Below, piece after piece: positions 11,611-23,255 of a DNA stretch of 64,000 bases (within the stretch, counting starts at the first letter, position 1; each line of letters begins with the position of its first letter). The position numbers were made by a program, and so were the translations under genes. This DNA comes from Hypanus sabinus (Eukaryota). The stretch covers positions 26,412,001-26,476,000 of the forward strand of contig NC_082725.1 in assembly GCF_030144855.1 (NCBI RefSeq), written 5' to 3'. The notes below the pieces were generated by a model, which saw only the letters and a program-made list of their open reading frames with translations, searched no databases and was not told the DNA's origin.

Positions 11611-11929
11611 GGGACACATGAATATGAAAGGAATGGAGGAACATGCAACCAGATGGGATTAGTTTCAGTCACCATTATTGTCGGCGCAGATTCAAAATAG
11701 GCTTGGCTATATAAGACAGAGAAGTGATGGAGCAGTGCTTTCCTAACTGGAGTTCACAGGAATGATTGTCAGTGCCTCTCTTGTTTGTGAAAACTATTAA
11801 TTGTAAAATATTTAATTTTATGTTTAGTTTCTAAAGACTGTATATTGAATGTTTATCGAAAAAAAATACTTTCTCTTGTGGCCTTAACAGCCAATAAAGC
11901 TTGGAGTTGTGAGGAATAGGGGACACTAG

Positions 11930-12205
11930 AGACTACTAGGTAGTCAGAGAGCATAGCCTTAAGGTGACAGGGGAGAAGGTTAAAGGAGGTAAACAAGGTA
12001 TGTTTTTACTTACACAAAGAATAGACAGTACTTAGAACATGCTGCTAGGGAAGTTGTCCCAAACAACTATAATAGCAATGTTTATGACACATTTAGAAAA
12101 ACATGTGAACAGGCAGGGACTGGAATGATATAGACCTAGTGAATGCAGTTAATTTGACATCATGGTTGACAAAGATACTTTGATCGGTGCTGTACTGTTC
12201 TATAT
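11930..12205 (+). mobile_element. Degraded CR1 3' end
   Basis: TRGHSLKV-like remnant and GTGCTGTACTGTTCTAT tail. Confidence 0.55.
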
Positions 12206-12230
12206 CATCTAATAGATTAAGTTGAAGTAG

Positions 12231-14582
12231 ATGCCTGGGCGCAAGATTCGGAGGTGGTGCCGGTGAGTGGGATCGCTTCTGGCCATCTTGTGAACCGATC
12301 CATGATTGTGAGGAGGTGCCACACTCCTCACGACACTGGCAGGGGGCCCACGATATCCACATGAATGTGGTCGAAACGCCGGTGGGCGGGATGGAACTGC
12401 TGCGGTGGGGCTTTGGTGTGCCGCTGCACCTTGGCCGTCTGGCAGTGCATGCATGTTTTGGCCCATTCACTGACCTGCTTGCGGAGTCCGTGCCAAACGA
12501 ACCTGCTGGAGACCAGCTGGATGGTTGTCCTGATGGAGGGGTGCGCTAAGTTATGAATGGAGTTGAAACGCGCCGCCGCCAGGTTGCCGGGACGACGGGA
12601 CGGGGTTGGCCGGTGGTGACGTCACAGAATAGGGTCCTCTCATCTGGGCCTACGGGGAGGTCCTGGAGCGGCAAACCGGAGACATCAGTTCCGTAACTAG
12701 GGATCTCCTTGTCTGCCTGCTGCGCCTCCGCCAGCGCTTCATAGTCTACCCCCGGGACAGGGCTTGAATGGTAGGGCGAGAGAGAGCGTCCACCATGACA
12801 TTGTCCTTTCCCAGGACATGCCGGACATCCGTTGTGTATTCAGAGATGTTGGATAGATGTCGCTGCTGGCGGGACGACTAGGGATTGGACACCTTCGTGA
12901 ACGCAAAGGTAAGCAGTTTGTGGTCCGTGAACGCGGTGAAAGGCCTACCTTCCAAGAAGTACCTGAAATGCCGGATTGCCAGGTATAGTGCCAACAGTTC
13001 CCGGTCGAAAGTACTGTATTTGAGCTCAGGTGGTCACAGGTGTTTGCTGAAAATCGCCAGGGGTTGCCAGCGACCCTCGATGAGTTGTTCCAGCACCCCA
13101 TCGACTGCCGTGTTATCTGTGTCCACTGTGAGGGCGGTCGGGACGTTCCTTCTGGGATGCACTAGCATCGCGGTGTTTGCCAAGGCATCTTTCGTTTTAA
13201 TGAAAGCGGCGGCGGACTCCTCATCCCAGGTAATGTCCATGCCCTTACTGGACATCAGGGACGCATGATTCCGGCGGCTGAAGGGAGGAAGCGGTGGTAG
13301 AAATTTACCATACCCACGAATTCCTGAAGGCCTTTGATTGTGTTGGGTCGGGGGAAATGGCGGACTGCATCTACCATAGCAGGCAGAGGGGCGCCCCGTC
13401 TTTTGCAATCCTGTGGCCCGGGAAGTCGATGGTGTCGAGCCCAAACTGGCATTTGGCCGGGTTGATTGTCAGGCCGTATTCACTCAGTCAGGCGTAAAGT
13501 TGACGGAGGTGGGACAGATGCTCCTGACGACTGCTGCTGGCTATGAGGATGTCGTCCAAATAGATGAAAGCGAAGTCCAGGTTGCGTCCCACTACATCCG
13601 TTAACCGCTGAAACGTCTGTGCAGCATTCTTCAGGCCGAACGGCATGCGGAGGAACTCAAAAAGGCCAAAAGGGGTGATGAGTGTTGTTTTGGGGACGTC
13701 GTCCGAATGCATCGGGATTTGATGGTATCCCCGGACGAGGTCCACCTTGGAGAAGATCCGTGCGCCGTGCAGGTTTGCTGCAAAATCCTGTATGTGCGGC
13801 ACAGGGTAGCGATCCAGTGTTGTAGCCTCGTTCAGCCTACGGTAGTCACCACACGGTCTCCAGCCCCCTGATGCATTGGGCACCATGTGCAGTGGGGAGG
13901 CCCATGGGCTGTCGGACTGCTGTATGATCCCCAATTCCTCCATCCTCTTGAACTCCTCCTTTGCTAGTCGGAGCTTGTCTGGGGGAAGCCTTCGAGCACG
14001 GGCGTGGAGGGGTGGTCCCTGTGTCGGGGCGTGGAGGGGTGGTCCCTGTGTCGGGATGTGGTGCTGTACACCATGTCTGGGCATGGCTGCCGTGAACTGC
14101 GGTGCCAGAACCGATTTGAAATCCGCCAGGACTCTGGAGAAGTCATTGTCGGACAGGGTGATTGAGTCTAGGTGTGGGGCCGGCAACTGGGTTTCGCCCA
14201 GGGAGAACGTTTGAAAGGTCTCGGCGTAGACCAGTCTCTTCCTTGGCAGGTCGACCAGTAGGCTGTGAGCCCGCAAAAAATCCGCGCTCAGGAGCGGTTG
14301 GGCTACAGTGGCCAGTGTGAAGTCCCACGTGAACTGGCTGGAGCCGAACTGTAGCCGCACCAGACGGGTGCCGTAGGTCCTTACTGTGCTGCCGTTTGCG
14401 GCCCTCAGGGTGGGACCCGGTTCTCTGTTGAGGGTGTCATAACTCGTCGGAGGTAAGACGCTGATCTCGGCTCCAGTGTCGACCAAAAAGCAGCGTCCCG
14501 ACCACTTGTCCCACACATGCAGGAGGCTATCCTGATGGCCAGCCGCCATGGCCATCAGTGGCGGCTGGCCTTGGCATTTCCC
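12231..14582 (-). pseudogene. pol: Disrupted pol of copy B
   Basis: LVDTGA and YLDD in ORF 13488-14555; stops at 13488 and 13034; several frameshifts; in-frame 27-bp duplication at 14001-14054. Confidence 0.9.
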
Positions 14583-15262
14583 GGGAACTTGCAGGGCGGG
14601 CTACAGCGGCAGGCCTCTGTGCCCCATCGCTGGTGGTAGAAGCACCATCGTTCGTTGGTCTCCTCACCCCTGCCTCTGGGGTTAGTGGGCTCTGCTGCCG
14701 GGCCTGGTCTGGTCTGCTGCCGGGCCTGGTCTGGCCTGGTGATCTGTGCGATGGATGCCCCACTCACCTTCTTGGCTTTCCACAGCAAGTCCGCCCGGGC
14801 TGCCACCTTCCGGGGATCGCTGAAATCCATGTCGGACAGCAGCGGGCGTATGTCCTCGGGCAGCTGCTCCAGGAATGCCTGCTCGAACATGAGGCAAGGC
14901 TTGTCCCCTCTGGCCAGGGACAGCATCTCGTTCATCAAAGCCGATGGCGGTCTGTCCCCCACACCATCCGAGTGCAGTAAGCAGGCAGCTCGCTCGCGCC
15001 GTGAGAATCCGAAAGTCCTTATGAGCAGGACTTTGAATTCCGTGTATTTGCCGTCCGCTGGGGGAGACTGTATGAACTCCTCAACCTGGGCCGCTGTGTC
15101 CTGGTCGAGGGAGCTCACCACGTAGTAGTAATGTGTGTCCTCCGGGGTTATCTGCCAAACGTGGAATTGGGCTTCTGCTTGCTGGAACCATAGGTGAGGT
15201 CGCAGCATCCAGAAGCTTGGCAGTTTTAACAAAACTGCATGAACAGATGCGGCGTCATTCAT
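14555..15262 (-). CDS. gag: Gag-like protein of copy B (235 aa, open)
   Basis: ATG at 15262; KLPSFW..WFQQAEAQF; CFYHQRWGTEACRCSPPC. Confidence 0.88.
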   Translation of the reverse strand: MNDAASVHAVLLKLPSFWMLRPHLWFQQAEAQFHVWQITPEDTHYYYVVSSLDQDTAAQVEEFIQSPPADGKYTEFKVLLIRTFGFSRRERAACLLHSDGVGDRPPSALMNEMLSLARGDKPCLMFEQAFLEQLPEDIRPLLSDMDFSDPRKVAARADLLWKAKKVSGASIAQITRPDQARQQTRPGPAAEPTNPRGRGEETNERWCFYHQRWGTEACRCSPPCKFPGNAKASRH

Positions 15263-15286
15263 CTCCGGTCCAAATATCGTTTGGGC

Positions 15287-15300
15287 CATCGGGGTCACCA
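15287..15300 (-). promoter_or_regulatory. tRNA-Trp PBS of copy B
   Basis: TGGTGACCCCGATG on the minus strand, 2 nt from the LTR end. Confidence 0.85.
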
Positions 15301-15302
15301 AT

Positions 15303-15588
15303 TGTAGTGGTGTGCTACACGCAATGCTGAAATAATGATGCGTAGTCGATCAGCTGCAGTTGCAAAAGAGATTTATTCGAACTTTGCAGCCTCGCTTTAA
15401 AGCCTTCCTGATCCCGTCCTCCCCAGGAGGGAATGCTGTAAGGGGCGCGTATTCACAGTCCCGTCCCACGCGTGGGCTTTTCCCCTTCCTGGTGAAGCAG
15501 ACTTGGCGCCCTCTTTGGGCCTGGCCTCAATGCCGGCGCACGCCAATTTGTGAGCCGGTTCAATTCCGCTGGGAAGTGGGTAGCCACA
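15303..15588 (-). repeat. 5' LTR of copy B (286 bp)
   Basis: Minus strand TGTGGCTACCCAC...GTGTAGCACACCACTACA; ends homologous to the copy A LTR; CGAATAAA retained. Confidence 0.88.
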
Positions 15589-17869
15589 TCACCTTAAATT
15601 GCTTAGCAACAGATTTTATGTGGTAGCAGTCCTATGGAGTACCTTTGGACATTTCAATAAATTTAAAGGTATTTTTGAAATAGATACTGTTCTTCTAAGC
15701 AGAAAAAAAATTGATTTTTTTTTATTCTCATTGTGTACACTAATATAATGTAACCTCTGAAAATTACAGTTATCAGAAGTGCTATCACTCAAGCTCAACC
15801 CTGAACTGTAGTGGTAGCAGGATCCTGGTTTCTACTTACATTAGTTACATACTTCTATCTTGATAAAAATTTTACCAAAAAAATGAAGTATTTATGTTTT
15901 TGCTGCCAAACCTTTAGTTGGAAAAAACCCGAAGTCTATTTTCTTTGTTAGAATAATTTCAGACTTCAAAGATTGAACAGAAACTGTTTGATCAAGCTTT
16001 GTCCATACAGTAGCAATAAAATTTTTGCAAGCAATTTGGAAATCACAAAAGCAGATCAAAGAAAAAAAGAACTATTGGACTGACTATAGCAGATTGTGTA
16101 TAGTAGTTTTTGCTTTAATTATACAGCTGAAAACCAATACTTTCCTACATTTTGACATCAAACCATGCATTTTCTTCCTTTTTCTCTTTCCTTTCAGTCC
16201 TTCTTTCATATATCAGTTTGAAAATATCCTCAAAGATATTTGCGAACAGCTATTGGAAATTTGGTGTTTGTCCTAAACTGGAAAACATAATTATGTCAGG
16301 GGACTTTGAAAGGGAAAGGAATGAAAAGAAAAGCATAAAACAGAGCAAACTGTTTTGTCAATTGTTCCGCTTTGGCTTTCTTAATTGATAACAGTTTGGA
16401 TTTGTATCGGTTTGAGAAATAGATCACAGACTCATGGAATTGTTACAAGATTGAAAGAAGCCATTTGGCTCATCAGCACTGTGCATGTCTTTTGTAGAGA
16501 ATTCAGTTGATCTGAGACCTCCACTTTTTTCAGTAACTTTTTTTTCCCAAAATTCCGGCTGGAAAGCCATAAATGAAACTGGATCCACCGCACATAATTA
16601 CTCAATGCATTAAAAAAAGTTATCCAAAGTTTTCCCTTGGTTTTCTGACAATCACTTTGCACCAGTCTTATCTTGTCCTTGACCCAATCTGCCAATGGGA
16701 AGAGTTTTTTTCTTATTCATCCTCTCTGAAACTGTCATGAGTCTTATTGCCACGATCAGCCATGCTTTTATTGAATGGCAAGCAGGCCCAAATGGCCAGA
16801 TGGCTTACTCCTGCTCCTATTTCTTACGTTCTTATGCCTCTTTAGAAGATCAATTCTCCACTCAACCTTTTACTCAAAGGCCAAAATAAGTCCTCATAAA
16901 TGATCTGTGCCTTTGGAATGCAGCTCTTTTTGGATTTTAAACTACTAAATATATAAACTAAGTAGCAACAACATTTTATAAGAACCTTTAAATAATTATT
17001 GTTTACATATTACTCCTATCATTCTTCCATCTACCTTGTCCTTAGCATTATCTTTATACATAACACAAATACAGAATGAAAACATCTTATTTTTTGTCAA
17101 AATTGAACTTCATCAGTAAGGGATATTGGAATGCAGGTTCAGTCTCTCAGACATATTATGTGTGTTTGTTATGTATACTTTGATGTAGGCTCTTCCTACC
17201 TGCGAATCTAGAGACAAGGATTGCAATGTATAAATGAACCTCTATATGCTATCCAAATTCCAGTAGTGTGTTTTTACCACTTTGTTCAAATATTTCAGTC
17301 TTTCTATTGATGTGGTTACCATCAGAGATAATAATAATAATAATCTGTGTTACAAATTATACCTTTGTCATTTCAACAACTTTCCAAGGTGCCATTAATA
17401 ATACTGTTGCTACAACATATAAAATAAACAACTCCTAATTATAAAAATTTGTTTGTATTTTCAATAATCTACTTGTTTTCTTATGATTTTTCGCACTTTC
17501 ATTCTTTTTCTACAAAAGCGTTACAAATCAAACATCGCTTTAAATTTTTACAGCTCTTGATGATAGAACCACATTCCTTTGAATCATTATTTTCAAACTA
17601 CTCTTTTTCAATAAAGGACTAAGGTCAGATTTTGTATTCAGGGTGGTAATATCCACAGCTATCAATGCAAAGTATGAAAAGATCCTGTTTCGATTGGAGA
17701 ACTGAAAGATTGATTTGGGCCTTATCTTTCAGTCAGGGATTCTTAGATATTACTGAGTGTCAGACCTTTTTGAACCATGAATTCTTATTTAACAAGCAGG
17801 CATCTAGGTTACCTAGCAAACAGGATTCATAATTTCCATGAAGAAAATCCAGCAGATGCACATACTGTC

Positions 17870-17995
17870 CTGACGAAGGGTCTCAGCCCCAAACATCGAC
17901 AGTGCTTCTCCTTATAGATGCTGCCTGGCCTGCTGCGTTCCACCAGCATTTTGTGTGTGTTGCTTGAATTTCCAGCATCTGCAGGTTACCTCGTG
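17870..17995 (+). mobile_element. 126-bp Penelope-like terminal fragment with 16-bp TSD
   Basis: Flanked by AGATGCACATACTGTC at 17854-17869 and 17996-18011; body matches the Penelope ends elsewhere in the window. Confidence 0.85.
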
Positions 17996-18044
17996 AGATG
18001 CACATACTGTCTCTTATGATATATAAAATTTAATTACTCTCAGG

Positions 18045-18715
18045 AAACACAAATAAAATGTTGGAGGAACTCAGCAGGACAGGCAGCGTCTGTGGAAAGG
18101 AATAAATGGTCGGTGTTTCAGGCCAAGACCCTTCTTCATGACTAGAAAGGAAGGAGAGTGGTGCCAGAATGAACAGTTTGGTGGGGGGGGGGGGGGGAGG
18201 GAAAGGAGGATACCTAGAAGATGATAGGTGAAGCCAGATGAGTAGGAAAGAGAAAGGATTGGAGAGGAAGGAATTAGATAGGAGAGTGGAGCATAGGAGA
18301 AAGAGAAAGAGGAGGGGATCTGGGGCGATGGGATAGGCAGGTAAGTATAGCTAAGAGGCCAGAGTGGCGAATAGAATAAGATTGGGGGGGGGGTGTGGAA
18401 GGGGCATTTTTTATTGCTGGAAGGAGAAATCGACATTCATGCCATCAGGCTGGAGGCCACCCAGTTGGAATATGAGGTATTGCTCCTCCACCCGGAGTGT
18501 AGCCTCATCAAGGTACAAGAGGTACAAGTACTGACATACTGGAATGGGCATGGGGATCAAAATATCAGACTGCTTTTGGAAGATGGAGCAGAGGTGCTCA
18601 ACGAAGCAATCCCCCAATTTAAGATGGGTCTCACCACTGCAGAGGAAGCTGCATCGGGAACACCATTCATTATAGATGCCCCAGCAGATTTGCAGGTGAA
18701 GTGTTTCTTTGATCT
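18045..18715 (-). mobile_element. Penelope-like element, GIY-YIG C-terminus and 3' end
   Basis: ORF 18411-18617 GDCFVEHL..EEQYLIFQLGGLQPDGMNVDF; upstream HFTCKS; decayed hammerhead motif at about 18105-18145. Confidence 0.8.
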
Positions 18716-19980
18716 GTGGTGATTTGATCTGCAGACCAAATTTGAAGCTGCTATCACATTAACCACTAAAATATTGCTTTTGTTTTAATATTACTTCCTA
18801 AGAAAATGTCTTCATTGTGACTAAAAATTTGTCAATATTAACTTATTTTTCATTCCTTAAGTAGTCATCACTGTTGTAACTTTTCGATTCCTTTCTACAA
18901 TTTAGAGAGAAATCCTGAACTGGTATTTAAACATCAGACATTTTCACCCTCATCTGAATTTTAACTACACCAATCTGAATGATTGCGATTCATAGATTAA
19001 CTGAAGACTAAAGTGAGTCCAACTGAGTAATCAAAGGCTGGTTGGTACCATTGATGGCATTACGTATCTTTTAAAATTTGGTTATCTTATAGTTTGAGTG
19101 TCTACCTCATCTTGACCTACAGTGAATGAGAAAAATGAAACAAAAGGAAAAGACTTTGTCAGAAATAGTATGAGGAATGTCCTGTAGAAATTATTTGTTA
19201 AAATATCACAGCATGTAGCTTTGCAAGAAGTGTTGAAAAAGAAAGAAAATACCATAGATGTACCTGAAAAGGGGAAGTTTCCAACCTTCATAAATATAAT
19301 AAACCAAATGGCCTTCTTTCAAGAAGTATTATCATAGTTACAGTGTGAGATGTCTTCCCATCTGATGATTTAGTTAATAATATTTATCAAATCAAATGAA
19401 ACTCCATTTCAATAATTTCCTTTCATTCCATTTCCATTGAGTTATTTTTGAGAATGAGGGTGTACTGTCCTTCAGAATGTGAAGATAATCAGAATGACAA
19501 AATCATAGTACAAGAGAGAGTCTGGGATATTTCCATTCCATTGACTTAACAAACAGAAAATATGGATAGTTTCTGCAGTAAGCTAATGATATGCTCTAAC
19601 GAATTATCATGGAAGGCAGTAATTGTGAAATTGACTTCCACAGAAAGCGGAGATAGTATTGCATCTGATGGGGAACATTTTACCAAGAAACTGAACAAAT
19701 TATTGATTTGTGATACTTAAGCCCTGTTATCCTGAAACCTCTTTCAATGAGCCATTCCAATATAGACACATAATTTCAAAAGTGTTTCTTCCAATTTAAC
19801 CTGGCCCTTGTCAGCTTAATATCCATGTCCTCAGACAGGTATGACATAATACCCTGTTGTAACTCTAGTAACTACTTCAAATTGTACTTTCCAGTACTCT
19901 AAATTCTTCTTGCCATTGACAATCCATCTTATGAAGTTTGTCTAAACAACTCTCCAGTTTTACGAAAACTCCTTTTTAAA

Positions 19981-20352
19981 AAGCTTGCAAATGTTGCACT
20001 ATCTCAGGAAATCCATTGGTGGCTTTCAATCACTGAAGTACTTGTGATGTATCTTGTTTAAGATTCACAGGAAAGTTTTATTAGGAGCAATATTGCAATA
20101 CTTGATCAATTGTTTAAAAAAAAACAATGTTGGTTGAAACAGCAATAGCAAAACAGTTTGGAATTATATTAAGGATTTTTATGTTCAGCTTAGAAGACCA
20201 AGAGAATGGTGTTTCTAACACATTATAGCATTTCATCAGTGCCACAGTAATTTCAGTGTAGAAGTGATGTTCAGGTCTCTGGTGAGAGATTGAACACAAA
20301 ATTTAATGACTCATGGATGACAGTGCTTCCTCCTGTGCCGTAGATAACACTG
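19981..20352 (-). mobile_element. Highly degraded DeuSINE (SacSINE1/AmnSINE1-like)
   Basis: Patchy similarity to the copies at 29611-30048 and 55199-55560 and to the recalled consensus head and tail. Confidence 0.5.
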
Positions 20353-20829
20353 ACTAACATTTTTGTAGCATTTTGTAGCTCTGTCATATTCTTACTGTAA
20401 TCTGGGTTCTACAACTAAAGAAATTACCCCAGGGCAAGAGTAAAAGTTATTTATATGAAAACCGACATACATTCCATACGAGAGAGACAAGAACCTACAG
20501 GTGTTGGAACCTGAAGCAACACTCAAGGAACTGCATACCAGGCAGTATTTATGTACTTCTGATTCTTGACATTTTGGTTGCGACCCTTCAGCTGGCTTTT
20601 TCAGTCCAGATGAAGGGTCTTGACTTGAAGTATTGACTCACCATATCCCTCCATAGATGCTACCTGACCTGAGTTCTTCCATAAGTCATCTACTACATTG
20701 CTTTTCCAAGTTCAATCATCCTGTTAGAATTTATGAAAATGGTAACTTAAGAACATTTTCATTTTCTTTCACTGTGTTTAAAAAAAATTGGTGTTTAAAA
20801 TGGAATTTTCTCTGAAGATGTTAAAACTG

Positions 20830-23255
20830 CCTGAACTTGCTACACCAAAATTATCTTCTCATACTTAACTCCACCTTGTTTCACATGTACGTCAAAGATG
20901 CTTGAGATGACCCCACAGTCTCACTTTTACAATGGATGACCACTCTTTTTACATCTCCATTCCCTCTCTCCCTCTCTTTTCTTAAGGAAGAGAGTAGAGT
21001 ATTTGGCTTCCATTTGCAACAAAATTCCAATAATTTCCCCTTCTGCAAACACTATCATCTGCTGTTTAAACTTGCTCCTATCCTGAACGTCTTCTCTTTT
21101 GTATCCTCTCACTTCCTACATATCAGAGATGAAGCCACGGACAACTCAAATGGCCTGAGCTACGCCTGTTTCTTCCTTGGCTACATGAAGCAATCTTTGT
21201 TGCATACTTTCTCTGGTACCATTCCCAAATTCTTTCATCAGTTCCATTATCTTTACTACTAAATTTCATCCCCCTCTCAAATTCACTTGGGCTATTTCTG
21301 TCACTTCTTTACCTTTTCTGGCTCTCTCAGTTTCCATCTCAGGAGACAAGCTGTTATTTACCATAATCCTACAGCTGACCAGACCACACCTCTTCCAACC
21401 TTATGTTTTGTGAGGTTGCTATTCCTTTCTCTCAGCTTTTTCATCACCACCATGTCTTATTCTCAAGATAAGGCCTTATATTCCAGGATATCTGAAACTC
21501 CTCCTTTTTGAGCAAATGTAGCTTCACTCTACAATAGTTGATGAGGCCTACCTAATATTTCCTTCATTCTCATACATACATGCACCTCATCTCTCTTCAG
21601 ACAGAACTCCCCCTGGTTTGTATGTTTCACTGTAGTAGCCTCCACTTTTGGAAGCATTACTCTTCATTATTTCTGCCAGTTATAATGGGATTGTTCCACT
21701 AGTTACATCTTCTCCTCTTAACTGCTCTGCGTTTCAGCAGAATCTATGCAATTTCATGGTCTCCCACCACTCACGACCACTACCCTACCCAGTTACCCCA
21801 CACTATCCACTCCTCCCAGAGTCCTGGCACGTTCCACTGCATATGCAAGTGTAACACTTTTTACATTTCCCACTTCACCAGCATCCAGGGATCTAAACAA
21901 CCTTTCCGGGTACGGCAACCTTGTCTACTGCATTTAGTATTCCCAATGTGGTCTCCTTTATATTGGTAAGAAAAAGTGCAGACCAGGTGAATGACTTACA
22001 CAACACCTGCACTCTCTCTACAGTGACTATTCTGAGCTCCTGGTTGTATGCCACTTCAACTTCCTTACCTGTTCCATCATTGTCCTGATTGTCCTCTGCC
22101 TTTTCCACTGCCAGTGTGTGGCCCAGTGCCAACTTGAAGAACAACATTTCAAATTTCACTGGAGTAGTCAACAGCCCAATGAAACGAGTATCAAATATTA
22201 CAATTTCATGTAACCCTGCACACCTGCTCCTCCCACTTCGGTCCGATTTCCCATAACCCCACCTCCAACATCCCACCCCTCCACTCACATATCTTAGTCC
22301 CCCTCCTCATTCTGTCCACCTATTACTGTCATATTGTATCCACTAGATCACCCCCCAAACTGCTTCCATCTGCTTCTTCGTTATATTTTGTTATCACCTT
22401 CCTTACTAATCACAATCTAGAACTAGTTTCCATAAGATATAGGAGCAGAATTAGACCATTTGGCTCATTGAATCTCCTCAGCCATTTCATCACAGCTGAT
22501 CCATTTTTCCTCTCAGCCCAGTCTCCTGCCTTCTCCCTTCATCCCCTGACTAATTAAGAATCTATCAACCTCTGCCTCAAATGTACCCAATGACTTGGCC
22601 TCTACAGCTGCCTGTAGCAACAAATTCCACAGATTCACCATTCTTTGGCTAAAGAAACTGCTTCTCATCTCCTTTCTAAAAGAATGCCACTCTATTCTGA
22701 GGCTGTGTCCTCTGGCCTTAGACTCCTCCACCATTTTGAGGCACTCTCTCTTCATCCACTCTATCAAGGCCTTCCAACATTTGGTAAGTTTCAATGAGGT
22801 CACCCCTCATTCTGCTGAATTTCAGTGATTACAGACCCAAAGCCATCCAGCACTCAACACATGACAAGCTTTTCAATCCGAAAATTGTTTTCATGCACCT
22901 CATTTCTGTCCCTGCTTATCAGCTTCCTAGTTGTTTCCACCTTCGCCATCCCCTCTCCCACTGGACTCCATTTACCCTTTATTTGTCTGCTGCCACTTAT
23001 TGTCCACTGGTCCATTTCTCCCAACTCCACCTCTCTTCCTACTTTACTGAAAGATGTCCATCATCCTTCATACTTAATCCACTGATACCCACTGGACCAT
23101 GCCTCTCCACTCTTCTCCTCTTTATTTGACTATCTCTCCTCCTCACTCTCAGTCCTGGTGTGGGGTTTTGACTTAATGACATTGATTTCCTTCACTTCAC
23201 AGATGCTCCTTGATCTCCTGAATTCCTCTGGCAGATTGCTCACTCCTGGAGATTT
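20830..23255 (+). mobile_element. Long degraded Penelope-like element (RT plus GIY-YIG), interrupted by CR1
   Basis: RT remnant GLSYACFFLGYMKQ; endonuclease remnant NLVYCI..SQCGLLYIG; terminal segment at about 23150-23255. Confidence 0.7.
22430..22895 (-). mobile_element. CR1-type LINE 3' fragment
   Basis: ORF 22513-22803 RGHSLRI..FFSQRMVNLWNLL; reverse complement of 1-395. Confidence 0.8.

Larger units (their letters stand above)
12231..15588 (-). mobile_element. 3'-truncated CsRn1-like Gypsy element (copy B)
   Basis: Colinear with copy A from the 5' LTR to mid-integrase; the rest of IN, the PPT and the 3' LTR are missing. Confidence 0.93.
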
